Source: an uncultured virus (IMG/VR IMGVR_UViG_3300048883_000321)
Lineage: Duplodnaviria > Heunggongvirae > Uroviricota > Caudoviricetes
DNA: 64,000 bases
Strand: one strand, 5' to 3'
IMG/VR virus record: IMGVR_UViG_3300048883_000321
A program made the translations under genes and the position numbers. Under the pieces are notes generated by a model. That model saw only the letters and a list, made by a program, of their open reading frames with translations, was not told the DNA's origin and searched no databases. Shown here piece after piece: positions 38,025 through 48,426 of this stretch. Position 1 is the stretch's first letter. The number at the start of each line of letters is the position of its first letter.

Positions 38025-38364
38025 TTCGAGGTCCAAGTCTTTTAGATAAACCCAATTCGAGGGCTTTTTCCGGGTTGCCGTGCTTCCACATGTGGTGCGC
38101 TCTACAAAGCGTCTGGCAATTCTCTGGATCCAACCAGTCGCCGCCACGACCCCTCCCAATGATTTCATCTACATCAAGGGGGCCCCAACAATCTATGTCA
38201 GGAAGAATATCTTTAGCAGTACAAGTATACCCGTCCCGATCCAGAACTTCCTCCCTTACCTCTTTACGTTCGCCCAAAGCCTTACGGCGTTTATCGCTCA
38301 TAGGGTTAAGTCGGCCGGTGCGACGCAACGGAGTATTTCGGCGCAAAGGGCCAGAACGTTTCAT
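37939..38364 (-). CDS. HNH endonuclease-like protein
   Basis: VLDRDGYTC...C...DVDEII.RGRGG...NCQTLCRAHH..KH; the usual catalytic His appears replaced by Glu. Confidence 0.75.
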   Translation of the reverse strand: MKRSGPLRRNTPLRRTGRLNPMSDKRRKALGERKEVREEVLDRDGYTCTAKDILPDIDCWGPLDVDEIIGRGRGGDWLDPENCQTLCRAHHMWKHGNPEKALELGLSKRLGPRNENTYDGSGTDSVIAPSSDTDGDATENG

Positions 38365-38374
38365 CCCGGGAAAG

Positions 38375-38605
38375 TTAAAACAAGCGTTTGTTCATCGCCG
38401 GAGCATAATCCTGACGATCTGTTGGACCAACAACTTTGGCCTCCAGAACAGGCATGCCCGCCGACTCGATAGGGATAATCCCATGCTTGCGAGCCACCTC
38501 AGGGGACACCCGTTCGCCTTTACGGCCAACCAGAATATGCGCCCCATCAGACTCGTCGTAAATGTCCTTCGAGAGAACAACTGTTTTTATAGCATCTATT
38601 GACAT
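38375..38605 (-). CDS. Small protein downstream of the capsid gene
   Basis: 76-aa ORF; TATGCT 6 nt before the ATG. Confidence 0.6.
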   Translation of the reverse strand: MSIDAIKTVVLSKDIYDESDGAHILVGRKGERVSPEVARKHGIIPIESAGMPVLEAKVVGPTDRQDYAPAMNKRLF

Positions 38606-38656
38606 GTCACCAGCATACCGGATCCCCCACCGAAAAGCCAGAGGACCCTAAACGCG

Positions 38657-38690
38657 AAGAAGTCGGGCCACCGAAGCGACCCGACTTCTT
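38657..38690 (-). terminator. Hairpin after the major capsid gene
   Basis: AAGAAGTCGGG...CCCGACTTCTT inverted repeat. Confidence 0.6.
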
Positions 38691-38727
38691 TAACGTCACC
38701 CCCACAAGGGAGGGTGCGTTTTACCGT

Positions 38728-39987
38728 TTAGATACCGGTGATCGTGCAGAACGACTCTGGGCGTTTCACGGCGAGAGCGATACGCTCTTCGGCGAGAATA
38801 GCCACTGCGTTCCGAACGAAGTAGTCGCTGTGCTGTTCGCTGACACGCACAGAGCCTTCCATCCGGTCGTACAAGGTAGCGCCAAGACCGAACGCACCAA
38901 CAAGAGCAGTGCCCTCGGTGATAGCGGACGATTCAACAACAGGCATCCGCCACATGCGGGCTTCAGCGCCAACGGCGATGGAAGCAGCCATCATGTAGTT
39001 GTTGTTGCCGTCTTTTTGCAACTCAATGGTTTCCCAGTCGTTCGGGTGAACGATGATACCGGTTGGTTCGTAGTAAGCAAGAAGTACCTTGGTGATACCT
39101 TTGCGTACTGCGTCGGTACGAGTGTCAGCACCCAATGCTTGGGTGTTGATACCGGAAGTTTGAGTGATACCGGTGAGGTTGGTGCCAGTGCCGTCACCGT
39201 TAAGGATTTGATCATCCTCGGTGAGACGCAAGCCGTACAACAACTCGTTGTCGATGATGCCACGCAAAGCGGCTTCGTCGTCAAGAGTGTTGCGATGGGC
39301 AACCTCGTAGTGTCCGATTGTACGGACCGGGGCTTGGGTGCCAGCAACAGTCAATGAAGACTGAGCCATCGAGGTGAACGCTTCAGGTGTGCCTGAGCGT
39401 TCCGACACGGTGGCGGAGTTGTTGGTGAACCCGGTGACCCGGAAGTATTCAATCAGGTTGGTACTGGTCTGTTGCACGTTGAACAAGTCACGAATGCGGC
39501 TCGTGCGATGCGCACGGTCTACAATAGCGTCACGCTGCGGGGTGCCAAACTGTGAAGGCGTTCCCGAAGGCAAAGTCGTGTACATGTCTTTTTGGTAATA
39601 CCCGCCGAGGTCGCCCTTGACGTTGAATGGGATGTGCATGGTGTAACCGCCACGGCCACCGTCGAGTGATTTAAACTCGTCGCTGTCGATGAAGGCTTGA
39701 CCTACGGAAGAAGCAACTGATTTGGATTCGATCATTGCTTCAGGAGCAGGTGCTTCCTGAGCCCAATCGGCCATTTCTTTTTGACCTTCCATCGTTTCGA
39801 TTTGCTCACGCAGGCCACGGGCCTTGGTGAGGTTCTCGCGAAACGAGGTCAAGTGTTTTGCTTCAACTTGAATATCGGGTCCGCCCTCTTCACGACCGGC
39901 CTCTGCGTGAGCAACGATTGAATCGTTGTCAGCGAGGGTGTCGCGGAGAGCAGACTTGAGTCCCTTAAGGTGGGAATCTACTGCCAT
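38728..39987 (-). CDS. Major capsid protein (HK97 fold)
   Basis: N-terminal delta coiled coil; EDDQILNGDGTG, VHPNDW, FVRNAVAILAEERIALAVKRPESF. Confidence 0.95.
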   Translation of the reverse strand: MAVDSHLKGLKSALRDTLADNDSIVAHAEAGREEGGPDIQVEAKHLTSFRENLTKARGLREQIETMEGQKEMADWAQEAPAPEAMIESKSVASSVGQAFIDSDEFKSLDGGRGGYTMHIPFNVKGDLGGYYQKDMYTTLPSGTPSQFGTPQRDAIVDRAHRTSRIRDLFNVQQTSTNLIEYFRVTGFTNNSATVSERSGTPEAFTSMAQSSLTVAGTQAPVRTIGHYEVAHRNTLDDEAALRGIIDNELLYGLRLTEDDQILNGDGTGTNLTGITQTSGINTQALGADTRTDAVRKGITKVLLAYYEPTGIIVHPNDWETIELQKDGNNNYMMAASIAVGAEARMWRMPVVESSAITEGTALVGAFGLGATLYDRMEGSVRVSEQHSDYFVRNAVAILAEERIALAVKRPESFCTITGI

Positions 39988-40103
39988 TGTTTTTACCTCT
40001 TAGTAAATAGTGGGTGTACTTATGTCTACAAGGTAAGCACCCTGCTGACCACCAGTCTTACATATAGAGAGTGTAAGCGTGTGACGGGGGTCACAAACCC
40101 GGT

Positions 40104-40460
40104 TTATTCAGTTGGATCTTCGTCTTCGTCTTCGTCGATTTCCCAGCCATCTAACCCTCCAACGTTTACCGTAGGGTCGAAAACAACTTGCCCGCCGTAA
40201 GTCACCCGGCTTGGCCACGCCAAACATTCGAGTTCAGAAGCGATCCGTTTTAACGCCGACGCGGCAACCATCGGAGGGACCGAACCTAAATCAACATGGT
40301 TTGGTTCCGACGGGTCGTCGAACGAAAGAACAATAGTTATGACAGGGAAATGAGTGGCCTGCGGGATTTCATCATCGAATCCCCCTTGCCCCTCAGGCTG
40401 AGTAGTACTCCCCGCGGAAGATGGCCTCACCTCGGGAGATTGGGACGAGTTCGACATCAA
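40104..40460 (-). CDS. Hypothetical protein (start uncertain)
   Basis: Acidic C-terminus; fills the gap between the phosphoesterase and capsid genes. Confidence 0.45.
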   Translation of the reverse strand: MMSNSSQSPEVRPSSAGSTTQPEGQGGFDDEIPQATHFPVITIVLSFDDPSEPNHVDLGSVPPMVAASALKRIASELECLAWPSRVTYGGQVVFDPTVNVGGLDGWEIDEDEDEDPTE

Positions 40461-41556
40461 AGTTTCCGTTACCTTCTTCGTAAGTGACTACTGCCATGCC
40501 TTGCTGCCAGTTTTCCACCGCGTTGACTGGTCTTCCGTGAGGGTCTGTTGAACCCTTCACACCGGGGACCGCTCCATCGATACGGCACAAGCAACCGGGG
40601 GACGCAGCGAGGCTACGTTTAGGACCCTCAAAGGTTCGCCGGGTTTTGTGCTGCAACTCGATGCGGTGGATATGTCCGTGGATGATACTGGTACGTTCGT
40701 CGTCCACAACTGCTCTCGCTGTCGAAGCGTTACTACGGGTGATGTGCCCATGGATGCAAGCAAGATTTTGGTTAACCCAATAAATGCCTGCCGGGTATCC
40801 GCCAACGTATTCGACGTTCAAATGGTCTTCGTTGAGGCGTAGAAGGAACGGCACTGACAAAGCAGGCCAGTCTTCAGGAACCTCGGCTCGTTTGAGATGC
40901 AACGCAGCAGCAGTGTTATTCGTTACCGCTTTTTGCAAACGCCGGTCATGGTTCCCTTCGAGGAGAACAATGTGGGCGTCAGGAGCATTAGCACGTTGTT
41001 CACATAGGAACTTGTGGCCGCGGTCAATGCTTGCTTGCGACGTTTTAGCGAACGCTGGTTCCATCTCGAACCGACCGAACTCTGCGAAGTCGAGGAAATC
41101 CCCGAGGTTCACAATCAGGTCAGGGTCAAGGTTCTTCGTTAACTGCAAAGCAATCGACATGCACTCTTCGTCGTGGAAAGGATCCATTTCACCGTCGTCA
41201 TACATTCTGTACCCGATTTGCGGATCGGGGAGAATAACAGCAGTCTTGAATTTCTTAGCCGTTTTCTTTTTCTTCGGCACCGGTTTGACGGTCATAGGGG
41301 CGGCTTGTTGAATGGTTGGCCATTCAGGGCCAGTTGCCCACGCCGGGTTGATGACTACAGAGACGCCGCCAAGGTCATGAACTTCGGCTTCGCCTTCGTC
41401 GTTTTTGGTGATGCTTTGCCATTCAGAGATACGCACCTTTTCGATGCTTCCTATCTCTTCCGTTTCGATCCCTGACCGTTCTAACAGGTCAGCGATTTTT
41501 CCGAGCCGGGATTTAGCAATATCCTCTTTGAAGTCGTCGCTTAATTTACCGGCCAT
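40393..41556 (-). CDS. Calcineurin-like metallophosphoesterase
   Basis: D.Q, GDFLD, GNHD, HG, GHIH motifs. Confidence 0.9.
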   Translation of the reverse strand: MAGKLSDDFKEDIAKSRLGKIADLLERSGIETEEIGSIEKVRISEWQSITKNDEGEAEVHDLGGVSVVINPAWATGPEWPTIQQAAPMTVKPVPKKKKTAKKFKTAVILPDPQIGYRMYDDGEMDPFHDEECMSIALQLTKNLDPDLIVNLGDFLDFAEFGRFEMEPAFAKTSQASIDRGHKFLCEQRANAPDAHIVLLEGNHDRRLQKAVTNNTAAALHLKRAEVPEDWPALSVPFLLRLNEDHLNVEYVGGYPAGIYWVNQNLACIHGHITRSNASTARAVVDDERTSIIHGHIHRIELQHKTRRTFEGPKRSLAASPGCLCRIDGAVPGVKGSTDPHGRPVNAVENWQQGMAVVTYEEGNGNFDVELVPISRGEAIFRGEYYSA

Positions 41557-41774
41557 TAGTTTCTGGCCCGCCAGTTGCGAACTGCGCTCCACGACACGGG
41601 CCATCCCCTGTCGGTTAGGACATGTGAAATCCGTTGGTTTTGAACCCCATCATCGTTAAGGGCCGCGAGGAGCGACGTTTTGTCGTCGTCATCCATGGCC
41701 TCAAGGATCGAGTCAATACGCAACTTCGGCGCGCTTGATGATGTCCGCGACATCTCTTCATGTAGATCGCTCAT
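41556..41774 (-). CDS. Small HTH-like protein coupled to the phosphoesterase
   Basis: RISHVLTDRGWPVSWSAVRNWR; TAATG overlap. Confidence 0.6.
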   Translation of the reverse strand: MSDLHEEMSRTSSSAPKLRIDSILEAMDDDDKTSLLAALNDDGVQNQRISHVLTDRGWPVSWSAVRNWRARN

Positions 41775-41846
41775 GTGGTCAACCTTTCGTGTTGTCCACA
41801 TATTATGTCACACGACGCGCCACGCATCGCGGAGGGTATGGTGTTG

Positions 41847-43403
41847 TTACTCTCCGAGGTCGGAGAAAGACAAAAGCGTGTGGAACTCTTGGAGTTCCTT
41901 AAACGACAATTCGTCTACAGTTTCAACCGCTTCGGCTTCGACCTCTTCGGCCTTGGCTTCTTCGGCTTCTACTTCAGTAACTTCAGTTTCAACCTCGTCT
42001 GCTTTTTCGTCCTCACCCTTTTTCTTAGCCTTGGGGGCTTTCTTAGGGGCAGGAGCGGGAGCAGGAGCGTCTTCGGCGTTACCAGCAGGGGTACCAGCCT
42101 CGGTCATCTCAGCAGCAGTGTTGTCGCCGCCATGGGACAAGTTGGCTACAGCATCAGGAGCGTCTTCGCCAGCACCATCAGCCCGCTCAGCGGAATCTGC
42201 GTCAGTGTTGGAGAAGCCAGCGACATCGCCGCCCTTCTCTTCTAAGTCTCCTAGACGGGCAGACAGCGTGTTCAATGCGGTCATAGCGTCAGACAGGATG
42301 CTCTGGAGGTCGCCACCGGTTTCGGGTGCAACCTCGGCCTCGGTGGTTTCAATAGTTTCGGCGTTGTCAGCCATAGTATCCTCCAGTAAGGATTTGATTT
42401 CGTTTATTTCTGCCCCTTTAAATATTAAGGAGTCGATTTCTTCATATTCAAAGCCAGAAAGAGATGCTTTTAATTCCATGACAGAATCAAGGTACTCATC
42501 TGATTTTAAATCAAGTGGAGTTTCTCCACCTTCGCGATAATGGCGAGCCAAATGGTTGTACACGCCTTTTCTATCGCTACCTCTTAGAATAGTGCCGCCT
42601 CGGGCGCCATTCAAAGAACCTATACCCTCTCTAAGTCCACCTAATGCTGCCGCACCTGCCCGGCCATCTGACCCAACATAGTGGTGGATGAAAGAGTAAT
42701 TCGTTTTGTAATCCGGGTCTTCGCCATCTTTGTGGAAAGCGAAAATATCTGAATAGTATTCTTTGTCAGCAGGAGACCGAACGTTTTTATACATCGCTGC
42801 TTTCCAAGGGCGGTCATCGTCAAAGCCTACTGCGTGGCTTTTAATTGGGCCTTTGAGTTCGGTTTCTTCGGTCTCTTTGGCTTCGACCGGTATTTCTTTA
42901 ACGCTCACTGTTTTGGTGCCGGGTGCAGCGCCGAACAAGACGGGGCTGTATTCGTACCATTCAAGAGACTTGATGTGGCGTACACCGGTTTCGGCTTTCA
43001 TTTCTGATTCGCCTTCGGGGACGGAATATCCGATTGACCATTCTTGTTCATGGCCGAAGAATTTGATATCTTCGTAGGCTTCGCGTCCTCGGGTGGTGTT
43101 GAGGTTGAATTGCATTTTGACGAGTACGCCGCCGGCGTCTACTTCTTGTAGGTGGGCGGGGAGTCGTTCGTCTCCGGGCATGAGTTCTACCGCTGACAGG
43201 GTGCGGGCCACCGGGATGGTTGTGTCGTGCGACCATACGCCTTTAGGGATACGCTTACCAAGCGTCTTGATGTAAGCGCCGGGTTCGATAACGTCGTTTA
43301 CGTTATCTACGATGTTCGTCACCGAAACGACGGCTTCTACTGTGCCTTCAACGTCGTTGATGGCTTTGGCTTCGACTCGCGCATTCTTGTGGGATAGTTC
43401 CAC
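41847..43403 (-). CDS. Prohead protease (HK97 family) with an extra domain and acidic scaffold-like tail
   Basis: DNVNDVIEPGAY, WSHD, WSIGY, EYSPVLFGA; then HH...LNGARGG...HLARHY and a Glu/Ala-rich C-terminus. Confidence 0.9.
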   Translation of the reverse strand: MELSHKNARVEAKAINDVEGTVEAVVSVTNIVDNVNDVIEPGAYIKTLGKRIPKGVWSHDTTIPVARTLSAVELMPGDERLPAHLQEVDAGGVLVKMQFNLNTTRGREAYEDIKFFGHEQEWSIGYSVPEGESEMKAETGVRHIKSLEWYEYSPVLFGAAPGTKTVSVKEIPVEAKETEETELKGPIKSHAVGFDDDRPWKAAMYKNVRSPADKEYYSDIFAFHKDGEDPDYKTNYSFIHHYVGSDGRAGAAALGGLREGIGSLNGARGGTILRGSDRKGVYNHLARHYREGGETPLDLKSDEYLDSVMELKASLSGFEYEEIDSLIFKGAEINEIKSLLEDTMADNAETIETTEAEVAPETGGDLQSILSDAMTALNTLSARLGDLEEKGGDVAGFSNTDADSAERADGAGEDAPDAVANLSHGGDNTAAEMTEAGTPAGNAEDAPAPAPAPKKAPKAKKKGEDEKADEVETEVTEVEAEEAKAEEVEAEAVETVDELSFKELQEFHTLLSFSDLGE

Positions 43404-43481
43404 TGGCTTTGGCCTCCTGTGACCGTGTTTGGGTAAAGACTATGACAACTAGCCACCCCAACGTGTGAGCATATAGTTTCT

Positions 43482-45848
43482 CTAGTCGTCTGCTGTTTCT
43501 TGGCCTGATGTAGCGGCCACAGATAAGGCTACAGCCCCAGCAACGATAGTGCCAACCTGAGAACCCAAACGAGCCGTCCGCAACGCAACAGGATCAATAT
43601 CAAACTCAGCAAGCGCACCAGTTACAGCCTTATCGGTAAACAGCATTGTGCAACGACAATTCACCGTCTCCTCAGCAGGAGCCGTCGGAGCCCCCGGATG
43701 CATCATCAGATTTCCGCCGACAACAAACGGATCCATCAACAAGCGAGCCTGCCCATCGGTATTCGTATGCGTATGCCGAACCTTCTCATCCTGAGACGAC
43801 AACCAAATCTTGTAACGCAACCCAGACTGAGAAGCCGCAATCAACTGGCCCTCATTAACAGCAAACGAAGCCTCCGTACGCCCAATAGTTCGAGCCCGGC
43901 TCTTCGTAGCGTTACCAAAAACATCCTCAATGTCGCTGGCGATATCGTCAACAGATTTACCGGACGCTAAACCCTTAGCGATAGATTTCTCCAACCGGCG
44001 GCGAGTCGTAGCGTTAATTTCTTTGACCCGTTCCAGCCCTGCGATAACCGCAGCAGCCACCAACCCGTCGTCAACATCAAACGATTTGCCAACCATTAAC
44101 GCCACATCGTTGCCGCCATCAACAAGCGCAGCGGCAAGGAATGAACGAGCGTCATCCGTTAACTGTTTATCCCATTTGATTTGATCGAAGATTTCACCAA
44201 CGGACACTGAATGCCCCTTGTTGATTTTCTCCCGCATCTTACGCGACTTCCATTTCTCCAACACAACTCGCCGTTGCCGTTGAAAAAACGCTGTCATTTG
44301 GATTGCTATCGAATCCTCAAGGCGAGCCAACTGTTGGTCTCTCCTCAACCGAGCAAGGTCGGCTTCTTTACTGTCAATCCATTGAGTCCCGAAGTGGAAG
44401 CCCCACTTCGTTTCGGATAAAGGGACCGCATCATCCGCTTTTGCTTCCTCGACTTCCTCAGATTTTCTAGGGACAACAGGCGCAGGGTTGCCTGTAGTCG
44501 AAGGAGGGCTAGTAGGCGACCCAGCGTCACGAGACGAAGATGCCGTAGGCGGTGTAACAGCCGGACCGGCTTGGCCACGAGGCATAACCTGAATCGGAAC
44601 CTTCTCAGGTTTACCATCCTCAGGAGCCTGCCCAACAGCCATCAAGTTGCCTTGAATAAACAAATGGTCAGCGCCAACACGTTCACGGCCAGTCAAAGCA
44701 CGGTACTCATCAATAGTGATACCACCGGCCGTCAACTCGCTCAAATGAAACGAAGCACGTTCCCGTTCATCACGAGACAAAATCGCTACATCGGACAAAT
44801 CAAACTTGACAGTCAAATCCTCAGACCCATCGATGCGATCCAACGCTCGTTCAATCAGCATCAAGTGAGGAAGCATCGTTTCCCGCCAGAACACTTCGAG
44901 TTCTGTATCGGCGTTAGCGAACGTAGAGTTCTTAGCGTTACCAACGACTGATTCGGGGACGCCGAACGCCATTAAGATTTCTTCTTTTGCTAATTGCTTA
45001 GCCTCAGAATATTGAGAGTCGCGATTCGTCACCGACGTATCGAAGTAAGCGGCATGCTCGGCTTCCATGATTGTTAACCGGCCAGCACCACCCAAAGCAG
45101 AACCAGTAGTGCCGAGAAAACGGCGACGCAACTCGTCTGCGCTATCGTCATCCATCTCACCTTTGACCATTAAAATACCGCCGGGGCGGCCATCGTTGAT
45201 CATGAAGTTTCGGTTAAAGACCCGAGAATAGTAGTCGATCTCAGTAGCGAGACCGCAAGACTCCAACGGGGACTGGCCGCGATACGGGTCAATCGGATGC
45301 GGGATACGAACCCAAATCACATTCTCCGCAGGGATGATCCTATCTTTCTGAGGATGCGGCATTTCGACTTTGAAACCCGACACGAATGTTTTCGCATCAG
45401 GAATCGGGTAAGTGTGCTGAGGCGGCAACAGGTGCAGCCCCGTGATTTCATCAAGACGGTTACGAACGACCTCAATGAATGCTCCACGTTTCGACAACAA
45501 GATTTGCGACGACAACTGGAACCGGAAATTGTAGGCATCGTGGTAGGGGTTCGCCATCCGGTTCAACACCGGAACTAAGAAATGGTTTCCTGACTCTGCC
45601 CCATCGGTGTCAGCGACGTAAGCCCGCAACCGTGCGGCGTTAGACGAAATAGCGTAAACGCTTTTATAAACCCAAGTAACACGATCATTGCCGTGCGATA
45701 CAGCCCGTTCGACATCCCAATCGTCTTTATATGGTTGGCCGGGAGCCCCACCGCTACTAGCGGTAAAGAACTGAGACTTGCGTCCGCTCATCCCTTCCCA
45801 ACCGTCTTTACCGTGTCCCTGAAATCGGAAACCTTCCAAAAAACCCAT
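43482..45848 (-). CDS. Portal protein fused to a MuF-like minor head domain
   Basis: HK97-type portal (NP, G.SPLE, PGGIL, AFGVP, TIDEYR); Pro/Ser linker; RARTIGRTE...KIW...DEKVRHTH...NCRC. Confidence 0.9.
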   Translation of the reverse strand: MGFLEGFRFQGHGKDGWEGMSGRKSQFFTASSGGAPGQPYKDDWDVERAVSHGNDRVTWVYKSVYAISSNAARLRAYVADTDGAESGNHFLVPVLNRMANPYHDAYNFRFQLSSQILLSKRGAFIEVVRNRLDEITGLHLLPPQHTYPIPDAKTFVSGFKVEMPHPQKDRIIPAENVIWVRIPHPIDPYRGQSPLESCGLATEIDYYSRVFNRNFMINDGRPGGILMVKGEMDDDSADELRRRFLGTTGSALGGAGRLTIMEAEHAAYFDTSVTNRDSQYSEAKQLAKEEILMAFGVPESVVGNAKNSTFANADTELEVFWRETMLPHLMLIERALDRIDGSEDLTVKFDLSDVAILSRDERERASFHLSELTAGGITIDEYRALTGRERVGADHLFIQGNLMAVGQAPEDGKPEKVPIQVMPRGQAGPAVTPPTASSSRDAGSPTSPPSTTGNPAPVVPRKSEEVEEAKADDAVPLSETKWGFHFGTQWIDSKEADLARLRRDQQLARLEDSIAIQMTAFFQRQRRVVLEKWKSRKMREKINKGHSVSVGEIFDQIKWDKQLTDDARSFLAAALVDGGNDVALMVGKSFDVDDGLVAAAVIAGLERVKEINATTRRRLEKSIAKGLASGKSVDDIASDIEDVFGNATKSRARTIGRTEASFAVNEGQLIAASQSGLRYKIWLSSQDEKVRHTHTNTDGQARLLMDPFVVGGNLMMHPGAPTAPAEETVNCRCTMLFTDKAVTGALAEFDIDPVALRTARLGSQVGTIVAGAVALSVAATSGQETADD

Positions 45849-45849
45849 A

Positions 45850-46077
45850 TTAGCCCTCGTAGCCTGTTAGCAAAGCAACCATGAATAGAAGCGCGGCGGA
45901 TGTAAACAAACCAACAGTGTCGCTGATCGTAAATCCGCCTGTGGCTCCAGCCGCTATAGCCGAACATAACGAGAGCGCAGCGATGCGGTCTCTGGGATTA
46001 AGCCCTGCCCGTAAAACACCCAAAGCGGCGATTACGGTGACAGACCCCCAAATGATAAGAGCAGTGGAACCAAGCAT
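45850..46077 (-). CDS. Small membrane protein
   Basis: Three hydrophobic segments; directly upstream of the portal. Confidence 0.6.
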   Translation of the reverse strand: MLGSTALIIWGSVTVIAALGVLRAGLNPRDRIAALSLCSAIAAGATGGFTISDTVGLFTSAALLFMVALLTGYEG

Positions 46078-46081
46078 GGTA

Positions 46082-48336
46082 CTAGCCTACGCCTCCTTGG
46101 TCGCTGTCCGTGGTAGGTACAGCAGTCGTGTCACAAATCTTGTATTCACGGTCAGGATCATACTCGTAAATAGACGACCCTGCGCCTTTAAGAAAGTATG
46201 GTGCCCGGCCCATGTCGAGTTTCATTCTTGGCGTCAAAGGCAACGCTAGCCTTAGTTCTTTGCCGTCTAACGGCCCGCCTTCGAGAGTGACGGTCCGAAC
46301 TGTTTCCCTTTTTTCTTTAGTTCTTTTTCTTCCCATGGCATGTACCCTAGCGCGCCGAAACCCCCCGATGGGGGCTCCGGGTAGAAGGGGTCACCTCCTT
46401 GCCTTGCCGGGCTTTGCCATACACTTACAGATATTTGTGGCTAGCCGTAGTAACCGGAATAGGTGTTTCATTCATCATCTTCTTCTCCATACAAGCGTTG
46501 CCACCTATCTTCCAAATCCACACCATCGCCCTTAGCCTTCAACCAAGTGCGTTCGTCCCAAAACTCGTACCCATCGACACGCAGCATCGGTTCAGGCCAT
46601 CCCCGTTCGACAACATCCGCAGCCTTAATAAACCTACGCCGCACCTTACGGTCCACCGGCCACATACATTTCAACCGCGGAGACCCGCCGATACAAAAAT
46701 CGCAATGCCCGCAACGGACGTATCGGATGCGATACATGATGCGTTTAAACATTGTTTCGCCTCCGCTTAGACCTGTTACTTTCACGGCAATCCCAGCAGC
46801 GTCGAGCAACCTTCTTCTCGCCTTGGAAGGTGTAAGTAAACTCTTCGATCCCGTACCAGTCGCCACACCCAATACACACGAACTTTCCTGCCGCAGCAGA
46901 CGCTTCAGCAGCCTTATCGCTTTCCGCTCTGCGTCGCTGTGTCGTTCGTTGTTGATTAGTTTTCGCGTACCTGTCTTTAGCCATCACACACCATGTCTTT
47001 GATTTCCATATCGGTTAACCCGAGTTGGCCGCCTACCTGACGGATAGATAAACCTTGCTTCAATAAGTCTTTCGCCCGGAACGCTAAACGCTCCTTCTCG
47101 GCCAACCATTGTTCCTGAGCAGACCCTGCTACTACCTGTTGGCGTTCCATCAGCCCTCCTTTATCGGGCGAAGAATCAAAGGAGTGCCCTCTCCGAGCCA
47201 AGCCCCGAACGTATTGAACGACAAATATTCGGAAGCATCTTCGTAAGATACTTCATGACCAAACATGAGGTGTTCAATCATTTTTTCTCCGTCGTAAACA
47301 AGGAGCGGCAACTCGTTGACACGACCCGCATACCCGACAATGCACGAATCGAAAAAGTCTTTGTCGCCGGGACCATCGAAAATGACTGCGTCTGGATTGG
47401 CCTCAGCGAGATCCAACCAGAACTGTGTGTTGCGTATCTCTTCACTCATATTGTTCCTTCTGTTTTTTTTGTTTTTGCTTTTGCTTTTAGTTCTCTCATC
47501 CAACACCCGTTACAAAAACGGGATTCGGTATTCTCGGGGACCCGTTCACGGCAGTCTCCTCGATTAGGGTAGCCGCGGCATGGCTTAGTAGCCCCGGTGT
47601 AGTTACCTCGTTCGCTTCGTACTGGTTTCATGTCACTCATTTTCGGCCTCCAGCCATAGTGCTTGGAACTCTTGGATCGTGTACCAAGCGTCACCTTCTT
47701 CGTCTCGTATAAACGCAACCCACTCGTCGTCAGCAGGACGTAGTACCGCTACCCAATCGTCGGTAGTGAGAAGCCAGCCTTCTTGCGGTCCGTCATCGGG
47801 CCACGGCACAGCCGTAAACGGGGTGAGGTGTCTCGTCCCGTAGTCGATGCATTCGGTTACAGCAATCGGTGTGATCAACATTATGTGTCTTTCTGGTTCG
47901 GGACATGAACCCATTCGGCGTCAACGTTAACGGGGTTAAGTGCCCCTACGTCCACGATGATGGCTCCAGTGGAATGGATTTCCGTAACGGTCCCGTATTC
48001 CTTTTTGGTGCCTTTACGTTCTTTGGGTTGGCACGAAACTTTTTGCCCTACACGGATGGTGCGTTTTTGGTCGCGTCGCCATTCGGTGAGTATCTCAATA
48101 TCTGAGTTCGCTGCCGCTGCCTTTGGGAGCCGTGCGGTGATCGGGCCAAGGTCGGGTGCGGTGCGTTTCGCTAAAGCCCGTAGTTGGGTTGCGTCGAGAA
48201 TAGCGTTCTCGTCTACAGCAGATTCGCAGGAGGGGCAATGCCCGTCGTACCATTCTGGTTTTAAAAGTTGCCGTCCGATGTATAAGCCGCATGTTGTGCA
48301 GCGAGCCATCTTTGGTCGTGTCGTTGTCTCTATCAT
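46082..48336 (-). other. Run of about 8 short hypothetical genes (46082-46336, 46468-46752, 46745-46987, 46977-47150, 47150-47449, 47446-47640, 47633-47914, 47881-48336), several with CxxC pairs
   Basis: Tightly packed or overlapping minus-strand ORFs. Confidence 0.55.
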
Positions 48337-48426
48337 GTCGTTTACCCTTTCTAAGTCGTATAGACACTATACCTTTTTTTTAGGGGATTCACAACCTTCC
48401 AGCGAAAAACCCGTATGCTTACATTT

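Noticed and set aside
41680..42540. Long plus-strand ORFs opposite structural genes (also 17240-17986, 38599-39357, 53611-54312)
   Set aside because: Shadow ORFs of well-supported minus-strand genes; no motifs or RBS.
3243..45848. Introns or inteins in terminase, helicase, capsid or portal
   Set aside because: ORFs are continuous and of expected size; no intein C...HN boundaries recognised.
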